Positions 61,974 through 64,000 of a stretch of DNA of 64,000 nucleotides are shown piece after piece. Numbering within the stretch: position 1 is the first letter of the stretch; each line of letters starts with the position of its first letter. The position numbers and the translations under genes were made by a program. The DNA is from an uncultured virus (IMG/VR IMGVR_UViG_3300035497_000625). Lineage: Duplodnaviria > Heunggongvirae > Uroviricota > Caudoviricetes. The notes under the pieces were generated by a model. The model was not told the origin of the DNA and made no database searches. It was given only the letters and a program-made list of their open reading frames with translations. The stretch lies in the IMG/VR virus record IMGVR_UViG_3300035497_000625. One strand, written 5' to 3'.

Positions 61974-63953
61974 TTATTTAAATATAAGTCTTGTACTTGA
62001 TAAATCAATTGTAAATCCATTAAATAATACAGAAGAAAAATGTAATTGATCATTTAATATTTTTTGATCTAAAGTACGATTCATTATATTTGGATTTTTT
62101 TCATTAATTATAGCATCTGACTGATCAGTAGGGCTAATAATTTTAAAAAGTTCTGAATCCGTAGTACCTTTTTTAAAAATTTCATAAATGCCTTTATCAA
62201 GCTGTTTTAATATTACTGAAATTGGAATGATATAATTATTAATTTGATAAAACAAATTCTTACTAATTTCTGGTTCTATCGCAGCATGACCTCTAATAAA
62301 ATTAAAATAATTCATAGTTGAAACAAGAGAAATCAGCTTTTGTCTATTTTCTAAACTTGCTTTTGGAGTAAGAAATTCATTTTTATTATTAATATCATAA
62401 TAACGTAAAAATAATACTGTATCTTGTGGTAAATATTTAAAAATATATTGCTTACCTAAATTTATTCCGTTTTGTTTTTTTGGATCACTACTATCGTCAT
62501 AAATTTTAAATTTTGTTGAACCAATTTTTGAAGTATAGTTTTTTATATTAATACCAATTTGATTGTTTCCATCCTTTTGACCCGTTATTTTAATTGTTGC
62601 CAATACATCAGATGTACTTTCTCCAAAGCTTGTCTTTTCATTGAAAACTTGTCCTGTATCAAAGATTTTTCCTGTTATTTGAGGATCTAATCCAGCATAA
62701 TAATTATTTAAATATCCAACAATTTCTCCCATATTTCCAACAAAATTAGATTTAGCAACACCTTTAATCTCTGTTTCCTCTGAATATACAATCGCATTTT
62801 TTATCTGATCATCAAAAGAGTCACTGTTTAAAAACTTATTAATAGCATTAATAAAATCTTTATATTGCTCTTTTGATATATAAAGCTTTCCTAAATTCAT
62901 AACAGTTAATATAACACTACCATCTTTTTCTTGTAATTGAATTAAAGCTTTATTTGTGGCATTCTTAAAACCGTTAATATAATCATCTTCTGTATATGTA
63001 TCATTAGAATTAGCAGAGTTCTTTTTATGTTCTGATTCAATTTCTTGCTCATATAATCCTCCAACAACATCAATGGGCATATTTATCATTAATTTACCTT
63101 GTTGTGTCGTTATTCGTAAAGATTCTTCCTGAAACTGAATACGCTTATCTTTTTTTAAAACTTGTATGTAATCGCTCAATTGTTTTTTAATATCTTGTTT
63201 TTCTTCTCGCATAGACCTTGATTCTGCTTTTGATGTTATTTTAAATTTTGAAATTGTTTTTGGATCTATTTGCTTTTCTGATAACAGTTGTTCAAAATAC
63301 TTATTTATTGTTTCTTCAAAATACTCTTTTGCTGGTGTTTCCAATACCGTTTGAATTGAGCCTTCTTCTATAATATCTTTTACAACATTTTTTTTATCTT
63401 GTTCTGTTGGTCTTTCGCCGCTGTTTTCTTGAATAAAACTAGTTAAATGTAAATCAATTTTTTGAGAGGACATTAAATTTAAAAATTCTTCAGATGAAAT
63501 TAAAATTTTAAAACTTATTATAGGCTGTTCTACTATAGATGACAAATCAGATTTATTTTCATTTTTTGAATCTTTTTCTCCTAGGAAAAAATATCTTGTC
63601 CAAAAATCAATTTTGTCTCCATCATCTTTATTTAAATAATTATCTTTGTCTGAATCTTGATCTCCTATAAGTTGTTTATAAAAAGATAATTCTAATTCAA
63701 TTAGTTCTTTATATTGTGTAGAAAAAATAGCTTCGTCATCATTATTTATTAATTGATTCATATCTGTATTCACTATATTATTTGCTTTTTTTAATGCATC
63801 ATTCAATGGCCCTTCATTTTTAATCTTTTCAATAACATCTTCTTTTTTCTTAGAATTTTCCCCATACCAATATGCACCAACCCACTTATCCCAACCAGGC
63901 CACGAGTTTTGTATTGAATTATTAACCAAATTTGTTTTTTTAGTTTTTGCCAT
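61974..63953 (-). CDS. Hypothetical protein upstream of the tape measure (659 aa)
   Basis: Long ORF in the tail operon; no motif recognised. Confidence 0.7.
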   Translation of the reverse strand: MAKTKKTNLVNNSIQNSWPGWDKWVGAYWYGENSKKKEDVIEKIKNEGPLNDALKKANNIVNTDMNQLINNDDEAIFSTQYKELIELELSFYKQLIGDQDSDKDNYLNKDDGDKIDFWTRYFFLGEKDSKNENKSDLSSIVEQPIISFKILISSEEFLNLMSSQKIDLHLTSFIQENSGERPTEQDKKNVVKDIIEEGSIQTVLETPAKEYFEETINKYFEQLLSEKQIDPKTISKFKITSKAESRSMREEKQDIKKQLSDYIQVLKKDKRIQFQEESLRITTQQGKLMINMPIDVVGGLYEQEIESEHKKNSANSNDTYTEDDYINGFKNATNKALIQLQEKDGSVILTVMNLGKLYISKEQYKDFINAINKFLNSDSFDDQIKNAIVYSEETEIKGVAKSNFVGNMGEIVGYLNNYYAGLDPQITGKIFDTGQVFNEKTSFGESTSDVLATIKITGQKDGNNQIGINIKNYTSKIGSTKFKIYDDSSDPKKQNGINLGKQYIFKYLPQDTVLFLRYYDINNKNEFLTPKASLENRQKLISLVSTMNYFNFIRGHAAIEPEISKNLFYQINNYIIPISVILKQLDKGIYEIFKKGTTDSELFKIISPTDQSDAIINEKNPNIMNRTLDQKILNDQLHFSSVLFNGFTIDLSSTRLIFK

Positions 63954-64000
63954 CTTACAAATACTCCCCTGTCAATTCCTTATCCAAAAAGCAAATCTCA

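Overview
64 kb from a large, AT-rich tailed phage, most likely infecting an anaerobic Firmicute (AGGAGG RBSs, sigmaA-type promoters, class III RNR). It uses the standard genetic code. Layout: (i) 1-1926 minus strand, a collagen-like fibre gene plus a small ORF; (ii) 2.1-37.8 kb plus strand, a replication and nucleotide-metabolism arm (RNase H, ATP ligase, NrdD/NrdG, PAPS-reductase-like protein, MTase, GyrB/GyrA, 3 tRNAs, SSB-like, Sak4-like, PIN-PhoH, DnaB, primase, RecJ, DnaE, ClpP, dUTPase, RuvC-like); (iii) 37.9-64 kb minus strand, a five-gene Asn/Gln/Cys-rich cassette, then a large tail protein, Dit and the tape measure. Six group I introns can be reconstructed by hand: gyrB (GIY-YIG), dnaB (no ORF), a 337-aa GW/CCC protein (HNH), and three in the tape measure gene (HNH, no ORF, LAGLIDADG). 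The last two flank a 30-nt micro-exon. Best leads: a ~580-nt promoter-driven, densely structured non-coding RNA at 13.8-14.4 kb; a tape-measure intron whose 5' splice site appears to use G-C instead of U.G; a strongly over-represented CGCGGCG heptamer written into coding sequence; a 37-nt module shared by two divergent introns; and a cluster of TTTGTGCAAnTTGCACAAA palindromes. All calls come from reading motifs and base pairs by eye, with no database searches.
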